Shown here in pieces: positions 1 to 15,972 of a DNA stretch of 64,000 nt. This DNA is from the human T2T-CHM13v2.0 reference genome, Homo sapiens. The notes under the pieces are model-generated. The model searched no databases. It worked only from the letters and a program-made list of their open reading frames with translations, and was not told the origin of the DNA. The stretch is taken from NCBI RefSeq assembly GCF_009914755.1, contig NC_060947.1; one strand, 5' to 3'. The translations under genes and the position numbers were made by a program. Positions within the stretch are counted from its first letter, which is position 1. Every line of letters begins with the position of its first letter.

Positions 1-1162
1 TTTTTCTTGAACCTACAGGGGTAAGTGAGCACTGCATGACAATATTGAGAGAATAGATATCTTTTTTTCACACCTGTCTCTTCAAGTGTGTGATTCTGCT
101 TATCTCTTTGTGACATTTCAGTGGTATAGTTTCTGCAAACATGATTTTATCAGGACTTTGCTTTCTGCTTTAGACTTGAAAGTGAATTTCTTTTGGGATA
201 GTTACATCTTACTTGTTCAAGGTGTGAAACATAAAACGATATCTGATTTTTCAGTGTTCTACTGATACACAATAATTCTAAACTGAAGCAATATGGTACT
301 CTTGCCTCCTGCTTTTATCTTAGAAGAATGAAAATTGAATATTTGGGTTAAGTTAATATACACAATACGTGGATTACTAAAGTTATTACATTTTCAATAT
401 CTTATAGTGCAGTAATACATATTTTAACAATAAAGCTCTTAGGAGAGTCACAGTGTAGGGAAGTTATCTTATCTTTACAACAATAACCATTATGTATTGC
501 TCTAACATGACTTTGGTTTAATTGTACTTTCTGACCATCTGGGTAACAAAAATTATTCTTATTGGATTGGACCAAGTGAATATTTGATCAAGAACAACTT
601 TAATTTTCAGCATTTTTTTCAAAATTACTAGGGAAATGTAATTGTAAACATATTTTTATAAATTATATTTTATTTCCTATTCTGAGATTATAAAGTTAAC
701 TTTTCAATTTCTTATTAACAGGGTGTTGAGAAGCCAGATTCCACATTAAGCCACTTAAATATTCTGTGGGTGGACTACAGCAGGAGGTGGAGGAGCTCCC
801 ATGTTTCTGAAGATAGTTTGAGATAATATTGTGGGTGGTGAAGGGGAGGGTACTTACAGTGTGTGGAGTCACGGACTCAGCAAGAATGTAATCCTGCTGG
901 CTGCACCTTCTTTTCCTCACAGGGAATTCCAACAAAGCAAGAAGGGGTGAAGTGGCTGAGAAGGGCCAGTGCCAGTGGTATGTGACTCCAGGATCTACTC
1001 AAAGAAGTTTGCAGGTTCATTTGTAGACTCAATAGTTATTTTACTCACTAAGTTAAAGGATTTATGTATCCAATTTTAACAGATGCAATAAAAGTTATTT
1101 ACATTAATCTTTACCATATGTCCCTCTTATCCTTTACATTATTCTATACATTTAGAAATTTA

Positions 1163-1795
<633 letters not shown>

Positions 1796-1889
1796 TTAAC
1801 TTACATTGCATTTGTTCACTGTCTCCATTTCCTAAGTCATATTTTAGTAGATGATACCATGTAGTTTTGCATTTCTATCCAAATGCATT

Positions 1890-2152
1890 TTGCTTGGGAG
1901 ATTAGTTGTATGAAATATTCTAAGGGGGGCATAAAGAAGGTTCTTTGATGAAATAACTTTGGAACATGCTGCTTCTATGTCTCTTACATGGATATTCACA
2001 ATGATAAGTATAACCAAAGGCTCTGAGAAGTCCTGCAGTTTAAAAAAAAAAACACTAAAGTGTTTTAACCCAGGATTTTGTAGACACATTTGACCATAGG
2101 CACTCTCTTTCCATAATGCTTTGTTATATCCTACTGAACTTTGGGAAATGCC
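1890..2152 (+). mobile_element. hAT-Charlie MITE relic (MER103C-like)
   Basis: TTCACAATG...AAAGGCTCTGAGAAGTCCTGCAGT...TTTAACCCAG...CTTTGGGAAATGC resembles recalled MER103C; boundaries approximate. Confidence 0.55.
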
Positions 2153-2959
2153 ATCTTAGACATCCAGTAAGATCATATACACTTCAAATTGCCTAAGTAT
2201 TTTTACAGAAATAAATCTAAGAACATAAACTAAGGTTTGCCAGAAATATATTACATTTCTCTGTTAAATAAACGTTTTCCATTGCATGTCAATATCTCAC
2301 ATGGGAATGCCTCTTGTCTCCCCAGTATAGTCACCAGACAGTCTTCCTCTCTGGAGTCCTGGTTTCTTTCCAAGAATTAGGCCCCCATCTCTGGTCTTGC
2401 CAGATTTTACACCCCTCAAGCCCCTCATGTCAGGGTAATCTCTTTCTCCTCTGGGCGATGGTGAGGAAGAATTGGGACGTGATGAGGCTCTGTGAGTCTC
2501 AAGCCCATTGGCATTCTTACTTTTCTAAGATATTCTGCGTCTTCCTTCAGACTTTTCCTCTATTTCTTTCACCACGGATTTTGATGGCTCATTAAACCCA
2601 GAGCCTGATTTATCCCCTTTTGGTTTGTATTCATAGAGGGCTTAATCCTTCAATGCTCCAAGAAGGTGAGAAAGCAGATTTTCATTCCATCTTTCCAATC
2701 TAGTACAGAGGAAAAGAAAAACAAATTCCCATATGAAAAGAGTCTGAAAATATTTAGACCATGATATAGTTGAAAAGGCATCAACTTCATTTACCTTTTG
2801 CTCTTACATTATTTTATCTTGGGCCCAGTCTATCTATCTCATATCATTGTATATCACTCTCCTCTTTGCCTATTAATCTCCATCCAGACCAGTCTTTAAT
2901 CCACTTTCTGCTTTTGGGCCTTTTCCCTAGCTGTCCTCTCTGCATCTTCCCTGCTCTTC

Positions 2960-3270
2960 ACATTGGCTGTCCCTTGAAATACAAGGCCTCATTAAGTGTT
3001 TCTTCCTTGGAGAAGTCTTCTCTAACTACCAGACTAAAGTATCTGACTAGTCCCTCACATGACATCTTAATTCTCTTAATTCTCTGCAGAGCACCTATTG
3101 TTATTTGGTATTTTATTATTTGTTTATCTGTTTGTTTCTTCCATCAAGAATCAAAGTTCCGTAAAAGCTCGGACACTATCTTTCTCCTTCTCCATTGCTT
3201 CCCCAGTACCTAATACAGTGCCAGGAAAATACCACAGGCTACATAGATAATTGCTGAATGAATGATTGAA
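2960..3270 (+). mobile_element. L2 LINE 3' end relic
   Basis: TCCCCAGTACCTAATACAGTGCCAGG...TTGCTGAATGAATGA matches the L2 3' terminus pattern. Confidence 0.6.
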
Positions 3271-6200
3271 TATTTGACTTTTCATGTCTGTTACTTCCTT
3301 GGTTATTTCTTGGCCTTTTTTTACTGAAAATTTCAGTCGCTCTTTGGAGGCATTCGTTGCATTGTTTCAATCTCCTCCCTCTACTCCTGACCACTCTATG
3401 CCACATTTGACATGGCAATGCACCTTCCTCTTTCTTACCTCAAATTCTGTGGCACTTTTGAGGCTCTGACTTAGTCTTTTATGTCTCTTTGTATTATGCT
3501 ACCTTGGAGACCGCATTCTTTTGCAAACTTAAAAGTACAAATTCTATGGCAAAAACCTTTCTGTAAATTCTTCTTTGACACCTGTAGCTTAATCCTGTCA
3601 CTCACTTCTCTGCTTTACTGTTTCAATGTTAGCAAAATTGCCAACTAAATCTTTAGTTTCTTATTGTTCATTGTGGATTAATATTAAGTCCTTAAGCAGA
3701 CTAGGAATGTCTTTAGGGAAGGAGGCATACCATGTCCATTATTTATTTATTTTTAATAGCACACAACACATTTCTTGAACTTACCATATTTCAGTGGTTC
3801 AATAAATGCATGCATGTCCATAGATAGACAATGTATACTGAAAACACAGCATCAGTATTAATTTACGATCTTAGATGAGCCACTTGTATTGTTTAATATA
3901 TTATTGGAATTAGGAAGGAAGAGTCAGGTGGCAGATCCCTATCCCATACTCCCTTACCCCCTTCTTGCTTTAATGTGCTTTCTTTTGCCAGTCTTGCTTC
4001 CTATTGTGCCTTTCCCTTCACATCTAAATATACAACGTTAAGCTAGAAAAGTACTATAAGAATACTAAACCTAGTTGAGAAAATAAAGAGAAAAAAATAT
4101 AAACCATGGGCAAATCGTCTTCTTGAATATTCTTCTCTCAATATTTTAAAATTAAGATGTATGATTTTGATGATCTAGAATAAAACCAATCTCCCTAACA
4201 TATTTTGCATATAGTATCTGTTTTGGCCTTTTTTCAGATACAGTATCATTTCAAGTTATTATTGCTTAAGAAATTTATGTTTGTGGTCACAAATTCAAAC
4301 ATTACCAAATTGCACCAAATAAAAAAATGAAATGACCTTCTCTGGTTAGATTAAACTTGTAGCACATTTATTCCTCTAATATACAAAGGTTTTATTAGTG
4401 AATTGTTTTTTTAAAAAAAGAAGATAAATGGAATCCAACAACAGCAATATATATTTTCCAGTAAAATTTTATCTATGTGATCATAAAATTCATTTATGCT
4501 TTTTATTAATCAGTGAGAGAAGTAATGCTGTCAGCAAAAGTGGGTTATAGCTCTATCACAAAGTTCTAAAAGCAGCCATGGAACCTATGCATTTTTTCAT
4601 GTTTTCAGTTAACATTACTTGGGGTATAAAATGCTATTGTGTTGTCAAGTGAATTGATTCTAATCACAGCTGTTTTCTGTGAATTAAATCACCAAGAAAA
4701 CTCAATCACCAACCAAAGACTTTTAAACAATAAAATCCCATTTGTGGTTGAAGATCAAATTTAAGAACGCTACTGGATATTCATTTATTTTGTCACGTTT
4801 AATTTTCTACTCTGACTCTCAGTTTCTTAAAGAAACAAATATTTAATATCTCCCCAAAGCCAATATCTGCTGTGTAGTGGGTTCATATCTTAGCACTGAG
4901 AGTTAAATAATTGTGTGTAGAAAAAAATAGGATATACAGTGATTGAATTTTCACTTCATGGAAAATGGCAGAAAAGCTAGCTATTTGCTTGCTTTCATTC
5001 CTTTACTATTTCAGAAACAAACACATCTCTAACTTCAAGTGAAATTAATTAGTTACTTAGGGAGATATATATCTATATATCTCTCTATATATACCTTTGC
5101 TTTTTGGGTTGTGGCACTTATGCTAAAGTTATCCTCTGGGTTTCCTTATATGGGTCATGCCATAAAAATATCCATTTGAGGGCTGCTCAGGTGAGACTCT
5201 CTGAGAGAGCCGTTATACTGTCTGTGCATCCTTCGTCCTTGTCACATCATAATGTTTTCATTCAACCTCTTTGTACAGATCAAGGAGAGAATTGTTATGT
5301 ATGTATAAAGTTATGAATTGTTTTGTACTAGCGACCAAACTCAGGGAATTTATCGCAACGGGTATTCCATAATGGCTTGGCACTAGGTCAGAAGCCATTG
5401 TCAGCAAATCAATTTATGTTACTTAGGGTGTCTCTTGCAGCAGGACAGGCAGATTCAGGCTGAAGGTGTTGAGAAGGCTAAAACCTTCTCAAACAGCAGC
5501 GATGTTTAAAGTGTAGCTTTATTACCTGCATACGTGGCACTGTGCTGGTAGAAATGAGAATGGAAGAAAAACAGAACATTGGATTATTGGTTAAGGAATG
5601 GCATTTTATTCTTTCCTTCATAAGTTTTATCTTAAACCTTGAACATCTGGCTTTGTGAAATTGAGCCCTGTGTCTGAATGACACAACAGAAGAGCAATTG
5701 CAAAGTCCTGTGTTCAGACAAGTCCTGAATATATATCTATTTCATTGTCATGGATTGTTTATCAGTGGCTGGAATGATTTTATATGTCCTTTAATTTAAC
5801 AAGCAGTACCAAAAGCAAAACAGAAAAAAAAAACTCTTTGAGGCTGCATTTTAGAAATTCTTCAGTGTCATCTGGCACTGGGGACATTTGGTATTTCTTT
5901 CATTTCTTGCTGCTATACCCTCTTACACAAAGTCACAGGCTTAAGCTGTTTCCCTTCAACTGTGGGAAGGAAAAAAATTAATTTGAACATTTCATATATT
6001 TTAGGAAGAGTTTAGAAAATAGGGTCACATTTTTCAAATGTGCACGTCAGTTGCTTCTCCTCCTTGCCTTTTTCTATCTTCAAATTTGTTTTCCTTTAGT
6101 AGTTTTTAGTTAATTGTGAATGTTTACAGTATGGTTAGAGATAAAATAATTCTCTTACTTTTCTTTTCCATCGTCACACCTGAGACAAATGGGGGAAAGC

Positions 6201-7698
6201 AGACTTCAAACCACACACGATGTGTTTGATTTCTGCTCCTTTCAAATATCCATTTTATTTACCAAGAGGTAAAAACACTCTGAAAACTGGCAACATCTTA
6301 TGTCCCACAGCATTACTTTTGATGAAATCCTGCTGTATTTTAGCCAAAACTTCTTTAGACAAACTATAACTGAGTCACGTCGACCCTCAGATGACATCAA
6401 TCTTCACTCCTCTTCTATCCAACTACCGACTAGACACACGTACACATGCGTATGCACCCCACAGATCAAACTTATTTCATTTTCTCTACCTGTTGGTCAC
6501 GGCCTTTTCTTCTTATAGCTTACTTTATTCCCATTATTAGACCTGTTTCCATGTTACTGAACCTTTTCCATCAAACCTCAAGTCCTTTATCTTTGTCAAC
6601 AACTCCGTGAAGCTTTTATCAATCTGCCTGTCAGTAATCTCTCTCTTATCTGAACTCGGAATCTATAATCTGCAACACGGCACAGAGTATCAAACTATGT
6701 ACTTGTTTTTGTTATCCTTTTAGCTGTTTTGTGTATGTTGATTTCCCCTGTAATTCCTCACACATTTTTTGTAGTCCCCAATGACTCTGAACCGACAGCA
6801 GTTAGTTTTTAAATATGAATACCCTATTTAAGGATCAATTTCTGCACACTTTCAAAGCTTTCTTTAGGATAATTATGTCACCATAAGTGAATTAAGGTTC
6901 CTCACCTTCTCCATGGAGCTTTGCATAGTACTTTAGTTGGATCATAAAGAAATGCCCTGAATTATAGGATGGGATCACTGCAAAGTCCTACTTGCATGTG
7001 AGCAAGGAGCAGAGTCTCTACAAGGTAACCTGTTACTTGGATATCTCTGAGGATATTAATGATAAAAAGGAGTGGCCAGAGGAAAGACTTTTCGCTTCTC
7101 AATTGCAGCACTGTAACTAAGTGACTTCTGGTAGATCAAATAGACTATTTTGGGGATTCCTGCTCACCCATCTCCTCTGTGTTTTCAGAGCTGCTGTAGA
7201 GCTGTTAGAACAGTGAACTGATGCTTTTTGACTTGCCAAACAGTGGGAGCTTTCTATTTAAATAGTTATCCCTTAGAAGAGCTATATTAGGGAGCTCAAA
7301 GGAAAGGATTTAAGGGCCCACACAGAGTAGAGAGGCAGCAGATCAGCCACCTACTGGGCCCTTGTTCCTTCGAATGCTTCAAACTACATATTTGTAAGGC
7401 AGAAGGCCTCCTGCTCACAGAACTGTATGCTCCTCACCTGCCCTTTTGTATTTAGCAAACACATGGGAAGGGCAGCTCTTCCCTGCTGTCTAACTTGTCT
7501 CTTGTTGTTCTTCGGAAGCAATCCCTCACAGCCCAGTGGGCAGAGAGCCAGGTGTGCTGAATGCACCTAGGGGATGTGGTCATGGGAGGAGATCCTTCAG
7601 GGGCAAGGGGATCAAATTTGACTTAGTATGTGGTCATTTTCCAAGTGACAGATGTGTAAAATGCCAGTAGACTAAGAACCCAAAGGAGCTAATCAAAA

Positions 7699-7701
<3 letters not shown>

Positions 7702-7733
<32 letters not shown>
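7702..7733. repeat. (GT)n microsatellite, ~16 units
   Basis: Directly visible. Confidence 0.97.
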
Positions 7734-7736
<3 letters not shown>

Positions 7737-9894
7737 ACCAAGAATCTATATAGGTGCTTTCTTATGCCTTTATTAATATCTGTTCAAATTCTACTAAGTC
7801 ATACTGCCAAGCTTATTTTGATAAGGGAATCAGTTTATTTATTTCACCAAGGTTATAACTATATTGGATAGAGAAATTGGGATTATTTTCTTAGCTTTTA
7901 AGCCCATAATAACTTTATTAAGTCCACAGAGAATAGTTTATGCTCTATTGTTGCTGTAATAATTTATTTTTCTTGTACCCATTCCATGGGGAAACATACA
8001 AACACCAGGAAGATACAGAAAATATGAGTTAGAGTTGGGAGACTCACTGTCCTGCCAGATAAAGGTCTCTTTCTAAATCTCATTGAAACCTGACATTCAG
8101 AAGTAGGCCAGAAAATAGGCCTAGCTATCTACACAGATATCTCTTTTTGTATTATCATTAAACATCTCCTAGGAGGCAGCAAGCTCTGTGGTGGGCTGAC
8201 ATAAATTCTGCCATTACATTTTTGTTTCTTTTTTATTATATGTGTATTATTATGAACTATTTTAAACATAAAGAAAAGCTAGAAAAATATGACAAAATCA
8301 TTTCAACACCCAGATTTAGCATATGTTAATGTGTTGTCAAATCTTCTCCAACTTTCTTTTTCTCTCTTTTTTTAAAGCAAATGAATGTTAAAGATACAGC
8401 TAAAGCCTCCCTCTCCATCCCCTCTTTATGCCACTGTGTTTCTTATATAATTATTACATATAAGATTGCTAACTCTTAGGAGTGAATTTCTTTCTTAAGT
8501 CCAAGGACCATCTCCTGTCTTAGGTTTTTCACAAAGGGGCAAATCAGAACAGTACTACTCTACTGAGTGTCAAATTTAATTGTCTCCTCCTCTGGTGTCA
8601 CTGGTGTGCAAATACTTTCCCCCTTGGGAAGGATATCTGGGGTTGTCTAAAGGGCAGCAATCTCTATCTAGCATAACAGTTTCAAAGTGCAAGAGCTGTT
8701 TATGACCTACCTGAAACCATGCACCACTGTCATTCAGACCTTCGCCTTTTGTTCTGAGCCGCCCTGATGTGATCATTCATTTTGCTCTGTGCCTTTTTCT
8801 TTTTAGCATCCTATCATGAATAGCTTGATTGACTCTTCTCATCTCTTGGGTCCTGGATCTACAGAATAATTTAATAAAATGAGGTAAGGTAGATTAATAA
8901 CTGGCTTAAAATCAGACTTTTGGCTATCCCTATTTTGTAACTGATGCTATACTCTCCCCACTCCCTGGGATACATCATGTTCTCTTAGCTTTGTGTCTTC
9001 CCAAATCAAAATATAGAACAAAAGTGAAGAAGTGGAAGTTGGCAGCTATGTGGTTTGGGTATTGAATTGTTCCCACATCAAAAGATTTATGAACTGTGCA
9101 TTTTAAACAGTTCTCAGTTCATGGCTCCCTTTAACTAAATTGAGAAAACAGGTAAGGAAAGTGAGGCAAATGCTAAAGAAAATGGCCTTGACTGTTCAAT
9201 CTAGCATTAAAGATAAAGATTTAATGAAGGTAGGTTTAGGACTTATAATTTTGAGTCTTGAAAACCCAACTTTTAAAGGATTAAACGGGAGGGTGGGGAG
9301 TAAATTCAAGTTTATGTGGTGGTTCTCCTCCTCTGTCGCTCGCTAATGCAGCTCTTCTGAAGGATAGAAATTTAAATAGAAAGCTCTCACTGCTTAGGAA
9401 GCAAAAACATTAAGAAATTGCTTTAACAGCTTTACGGAATCTGCCATTTTCATCCTGACTACAGTGCTACAAAGTGAGCAGTAATCTCTGGGGTAGGAGC
9501 ACGGCCCACAGTCAACACCTATGCTCACTCTGTGCTTTTTACACTTTTAGTTTTCATTTTCCTTAATCAATATTTACCAGGCGACAGTCACAGCTTTAGC
9601 AGCTTCTGTTTTCTACCAATCTTTCTGTTGCTGATACTTCAGACATTTAATAATTTCCTTGTCTATAATAATTTCTGTGCTAGTTCCTTTTATAAATATC
9701 TGCAGTATGTGTACCTAATTTCTGGGATCAGGTGCACATCTGAAAAATTGGGATTCCTTAATGAATGTTGGCATTCAAAAATCTCCTCCAGTACTCTTAC
9801 TTTATTGGGTCACATCATTTTCTTTCTTTTTTTTTTTGACATCATTTTCTTTGTTGTTTATTTTAAGCAATCCTCTTTCAGACAATTGTCACTT

Positions 9895-10372
9895 ACAAGG
9901 TTAGCTACTGCTGTGAAGCAAACCATCACAAAATGTAGTGGATAAAACAATAAGGTCGCCCGTCTGAGCAGTTCTTCTGATTTGGGCTGGGCTAAACTGG
10001 ATCTCGCTGGAGCATGTCCAAGTGTCTGTAGTCAGTTATAGAGGGGCTGCGGGCTGGCTCATCTGGCTGTCACCTGGGTCATGTAGCTCTGATAATCCAG
10101 CAGGTCAGCCTGGGTTTGCTTTTATCTGATGGTCACAATGTTCTGAGTGAGAGAAGAAGAAACATGAAAGGTCTCTTAAAGGGTAGGCTCAGGACTGGCA
10201 GATTGTGATGTCTGCTGCAATCTATTAACCAAAAGAAGTCACAAGGCCAGTACAGATGTAAGGGCAGGGGAAATGGACTCTGCCTCTTTAGTGAGAAGAA
10301 TTTCAAAATCACATTGCAAAGTGTGTGGACACAGGGAGGGGCAAAGAATTGTGGTGTTTTTGCCATCTGCCT
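9895..10372 (-). mobile_element. Old MaLR solo LTR (MLT1I/J-like)
   Basis: GTTAGCTACTGCTGTG..CAAACCA, AGGCTCAGGACTGGCA, AAGTCACAAGGCCAG, GGAAATGGACTCTGCCTCTT motifs typical of reverse-strand MLT1. Confidence 0.7.
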
Positions 10373-12913
10373 CTTGCACTTAACCTTCTCCCATGACATA
10401 GTTGTCTCAAGTAATTTCCCTTCTGGGAGCAGCTGTTTTGATATACAGGAAATATTGATCCATCATACTCTGAAGAAAATTGCAGCACAGAAAGGATTAT
10501 TTAGGCATCATAGGTGGTCATGAGAATAAGAAATGCTGAAGCCTTAAGCAGATGAGCTTTAAGCAGCTGAGCCCTTTATGTTCTTAAGTGAAGCATTTTT
10601 ATTCTTCCAAGCATCAACTGTAGTCTTGTTTTCACCAGATGAAAGCAACTCCAAGTCAAAGGCATGAAACTGCACTAAAATTGTGATGCATTTGGTTACT
10701 CTGTATCATGTGTGGACAAAATAAATACCCTGATATGGAGCACAGATTATACACACATCGTTTCTCTGAATTCATAGCTATGCAAACAGTTCCTTACGGT
10801 TGACGGGTTTTATTTTTTATCTACTGTGATTAAGTTGCAGTTTAGCCTTGCATTATCTCATCTAAAACATTTTAGCTTTTCTTTTTAATTCTTATTCTCT
10901 AACTCATTAAAACTTTTTTAGGGCTTTGCTAGCCGATTCCATTTCTTCATTTTATCCTAGGAAGAAGACCAGCAAAATAAATGTGGATATTAAATAATAC
11001 GTATTATCATTTTGCAAAATCAAAATGTTTTACATGAGACTACTAAATAGCAAGTTCATAGTTTGAGGGACGATGATTTTGCCAATGAGACAGAATTCTC
11101 TCATAACACACTTAGGGGGCATATCACATGAGGGTACCTTGCATAGTACACAATTGGAAAGTAGGAGAATAAATAGTGTGAGTAGGAGACATTTATGCAA
11201 AGAAAAGGCGCCCTTGTTTCTTGACTTTGCTTTAGTATAGAAATATAAAGTTTGTGGCTTGAAGGGACCTTAATTATTTCATGGTTTATTCCTGCTAAAA
11301 CTTCTAATGATGGGAAACTCACTATACCTAAAGAAGCAAAGTCCATTTATCTAAGTGGACGATTGGGTGGTCATCACTGGGGGACCTTACTATGTGTCAT
11401 TGTTTTTATCTTCATGAAAGACATGATCTATTAAAGAGATGGACATGGAAAGTATCACAGCAAAATATGCTATGTACTAAAATATAATACACACTTACCT
11501 TGGGGACCAAACGGAAAGTGAATTTATTATCCAGTTTACTAGTCAGAACTTGATAATTCTCTAAATAGGTAGGATAGTGGAGATGGAAGAGCTAAAGATG
11601 GTAGATGCTGTCTACTGAAATGGGGACTATCTAATAAGCATGATTACCGGGAGCATGTCAGAACATTCTGTGTATCCATGGTGGTCAATGACTTAAATCT
11701 ACATCCATTTTCAGAGATCAAATTCCATTCCTGGCCCATTACAGAAACACTACCTGGGCCTCGAGTGAGCAAATGCCAAGAAGCTATTTAACAATAGGCA
11801 AGCACGGCAAAGAGAGGCTTAAAATTGGCGAAAAGTGCTTCCTTTGCAGTCATCCTATTCAACTTGTGGCAGCTTTGAAACAGCATCATGAATTATTATT
11901 TTAATATTACAAATAAACTTTATTCTTCTCAGCAACTTGCCTCCTGATATGTTAAAAATATACAAAACTCAGTTTGTCAATTCCTGGGAAATTATTGTCA
12001 TAGCGGGGAGCCATACCAAGGAAGTTTAAAAGAACAATGATAACAATATAAAAAACTGCAGGAGAAAAGCCATAAAGATAGGTTTCAAGGCACACTTTTC
12101 TATCTTCCTTTTCACTGTTGATTTGCAGTCAGTGATAGATCGACTTTTTTTTTGTTTGTTTCATTTGTCCTCTTCCTTTCACTAATCTGGGCTTTATTTT
12201 TGTTTCAATTTTCCCTAGCTTTCTTCCCAGATAATAACTATTTCCTTTTCCCAAGCCCTAATTCACACTTTATCATTCTCTCACTGAAGTGCCTTTCACA
12301 GCAATCCAATCAGGACACTTCTGTTCAGTTTGTTCCAAGGGGCTTATTTGATCATCATCAAGAAGATAATTGTCTATCCTTAGAGCTGGGCTAAACAAAA
12401 GGGTGAAGCAGGTTGTGCACAAATTCACAAGACTCCATTATCATTCCCCTGCAGACTCCCAGCTGCACTTTTACTCAACCCGTCTGCCTTCTTCCCCTTC
12501 AGGCCACCTTGGTTGAGCTTCTTCAGCTGTCCCTGCTTCTATTTCATCCACCTGTTTTCATCCTTCATGCTTTCCTAATTCAGGTTTTCTATTCGTCTAC
12601 TGCAACTGATATTTTCTAGCAATTTTAAGGAGGATAAAAATAATTCTTGAGTGAAATAATTCATACTAGGCTGAGAGTGAATGATTTCAGATGTATAGGA
12701 GGTGTGTTATAAAATGATTTATTAAATGTGAAGAAATTCCTAGTGAAAATATACATCGATATATTATGTGGGGATCATGGGTGCCTCTATGAATTAATTC
12801 ATTCAGAAATGTTCATTAAATGCCTAACTCATTGCTAACGGTGAAGAAGCCAAACATATTCCCTTTCCCACCTCTTCTCATGGAGCTTACATTCAAATGG
12901 GCAAGATAGGTAG

Positions 12914-13200
12914 TGTCTTAGCCTGGATTTCCCTGTAATAAGCAGCGCTAAGACAAGGCTTTAGATGCAGGTTTATATTGGGAAAAGAAACCAAAGGATC
13001 AGGAGTAGAAGATGGATAACAGTGAGAGAAACAGAAGGAAGGAAGGGTATGTCACTGAGCTAGACTCAATCCCATCAGGAGCCTCTTGAGAAGCCATACA
13101 GAGTGTACAGTGGGCTTGTCTGCCACAGATACCTATTGGCTCCATCCCCCATTGGTCACAGGCTGCCCCACACATGGTTCACTGTCTTGTGCCTGTGCTT
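12914..13200. mobile_element. Old ERVL-type LTR fragment (LTR16/LTR33-like)
   Basis: TGTCTTAGCCTGGATTTCCC...AAGCAG..CTAAGACAAGG..TT.AGATGCAGGTTTATATTGGG resembles these LTR ends; family and right boundary uncertain. Confidence 0.45.
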
Positions 13201-13819
13201 TTTGGAATGTGTCAGTTGGTTCCTGAAATTGTCCCACTAAGATATGGCAGAGAAATAAATAGTATAGGTGAGGAGAGACATTTTCAGAATAATCTGCACA
13301 AAGCTGATGGTTGCACCAACAGCTGGAATATAAAGGTAAATGAAGAAGATATAAGAAAGGGCTCAAGAGGTGTCCGATACAAAGAGCAATAAAATAAAAT
13401 AAATATCTAATTGCACACTGTAATAAGTGCTCTAGGGTAAAGGGTACCAGGAGAGCATATGCACAACACAATCCAAAATAGTGGTATAGACCATAGGGGT
13501 GAAAAATTCCTTCAAACCGTCATGGTTCCTTGACATGACCAAATGTTTGTAGTGCTACTAAGTAAAATGTGTTGAAGATTAAAGCCCATTTTTAATTTTA
13601 CTATTTAGCTATCCTGTTCCTAGGTAAACGTCAAATCCCCCAAATCTTTAAGCTTTTCTCCAAAGTAGATTTTCTTCCAAAGATTAAGAAGGTTTCAACA
13701 CTATTTTAGACAAAGGACTTCTGACTATCCTAATACCTCCCCAAACTACTACATTGAAAACCTTATTGGGAGACATAAGTACTCCTAGCTTTGTTTAACG
13801 TTAAGTGGAAAAAATGTAA

Positions 13820-14030
13820 TATAGTTGAGAGGTCAAGAGCCTGTGCTCAAAAGACTCCGATTTAATATTGGCAAGACTCATGAGCTATACCTCTTTGTAT
13901 CTGAATTCCTTATTTGTGAAAGGGGAATAACATTATCACTTGCTCGCATAGGTTAAAAGGTGATTAAGTAAGGAAACACAGATAAAACTTATAGAAAAAT
14001 GCCAGGCATATGGTATAATCTCACTTATTA
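13820..14030 (+). mobile_element. MIR SINE relic
   Basis: CTCTTTGTATCTGAATTCCTTATTTGTGAAAGGGGAATAA core; TGCCAGGCATATGGT tail. Confidence 0.65.
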
Positions 14031-14035
14031 GCAAA

Positions 14036-14423
14036 TGTATTAATTTACTAGGGCTGCCATAATAAAATACCACAGAATGGGTAGTTTAAGCATCAGAAAT
14101 TTATTTCTGTACAGTTTTGGAGTCTAGAAACCCACAATCAAGGTGTCGTTAATGGTGGTTTCTGGTGAGGCCTCACTTCCTGGTTAGTGGATATCTATCT
14201 GCCTTCTCACTGTGTCTTTATATGATCTTTACTGTGTGTGTGCATCCTTTGGTATCTCTTCCTCCTCTTATAAGGACATCAGTCCTATTGTATTAGATCT
14301 TCACCCTTACAACCTCATTTAACCTTAATTACCTCTTTAAAAGCCCTGTTTCCAAATACAGTTACATTGGTGGGTAGGGCTTCAACATGTGATTATTATG
14401 GGCCCACAATTTAGTCAATAACA
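14036..14423 (-). mobile_element. MaLR solo LTR (MLT1A/B-like)
   Basis: TGTATTAATTTACTAGGGCTGCCATAA ... TAGTCAATAACA; TG..CA ends; 5-bp TSD GCAAA/GCAAG. Confidence 0.88.
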
Positions 14424-14464
14424 GCAAGTGGTGTAATTTTTACATGAAAATGTCATTTCCTAGA

Positions 14465-15297
<833 letters not shown>

Positions 15298-15972
15298 CTT
15301 AAAGCTTAAGAACACTCCCAAATCAATGAGGTTTGTAATTTTGGCATCCTACTTTTGAAAGGCTCCCCAACTCCTTTAAGTTCAATACCACATTTTAGTG
15401 TTTTGTGCTAATAATAGTAAATATTGACTTTTTTCCACTTGCAGAGAAATACCAAACCATGGCATACAGATGGATTTCACTTGCAAGTTATATTTGATGA
15501 TATTTTTCACTTTATACTTCTTCATTGTCCACAATGAGAATGAGACAGAACTATTTTTGTGATATCTGTTGGGCAATCCTTCAGTGAACTGGTTCAAATA
15601 ATGTGTTTTCTTGAAAACTGCTGCTGTAACATATCTGTTTTGCTACTAAAGAAATTCAGCCTATGAATATTATTACATCTTTGAAGTGAACTTCATCCTA
15701 ATGGTCAAAAAGTTGGGAGCCAACTGTATTGAACATTTATTTTTTACCATTATGTAAAACAGACCATTCATTTACTCTTTTGAAGATGACAATTTAATTT
15801 GTTAAAGTTTTATTTTATTTTTAATCGAAAAATAATTGTGTATATTTATGGGATGCAATGTTATTTTAATGACCACATTAGGCCACATTTCAATAGCTGA
15901 TAAAAAAGTTCCCAACACTTAATTGCTTTTACTAAAAATACTAAATATTTAAAGATTGATTATATCATAGAA

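Noticed and set aside
2770-9945. Hydrophobic 147-aa (2770-3213) and 137-aa (9532-9945) ORFs
   Set aside because: Non-ATG starts, T-rich compositional bias, overlap with L2/MLT1 relics, no recognisable domain.
10535-10573. Short TTAAGCAG(A/C)TGAGC duplication; similar small one at ~28385-28425
   Set aside because: Ordinary short slippage duplications with no further structure.
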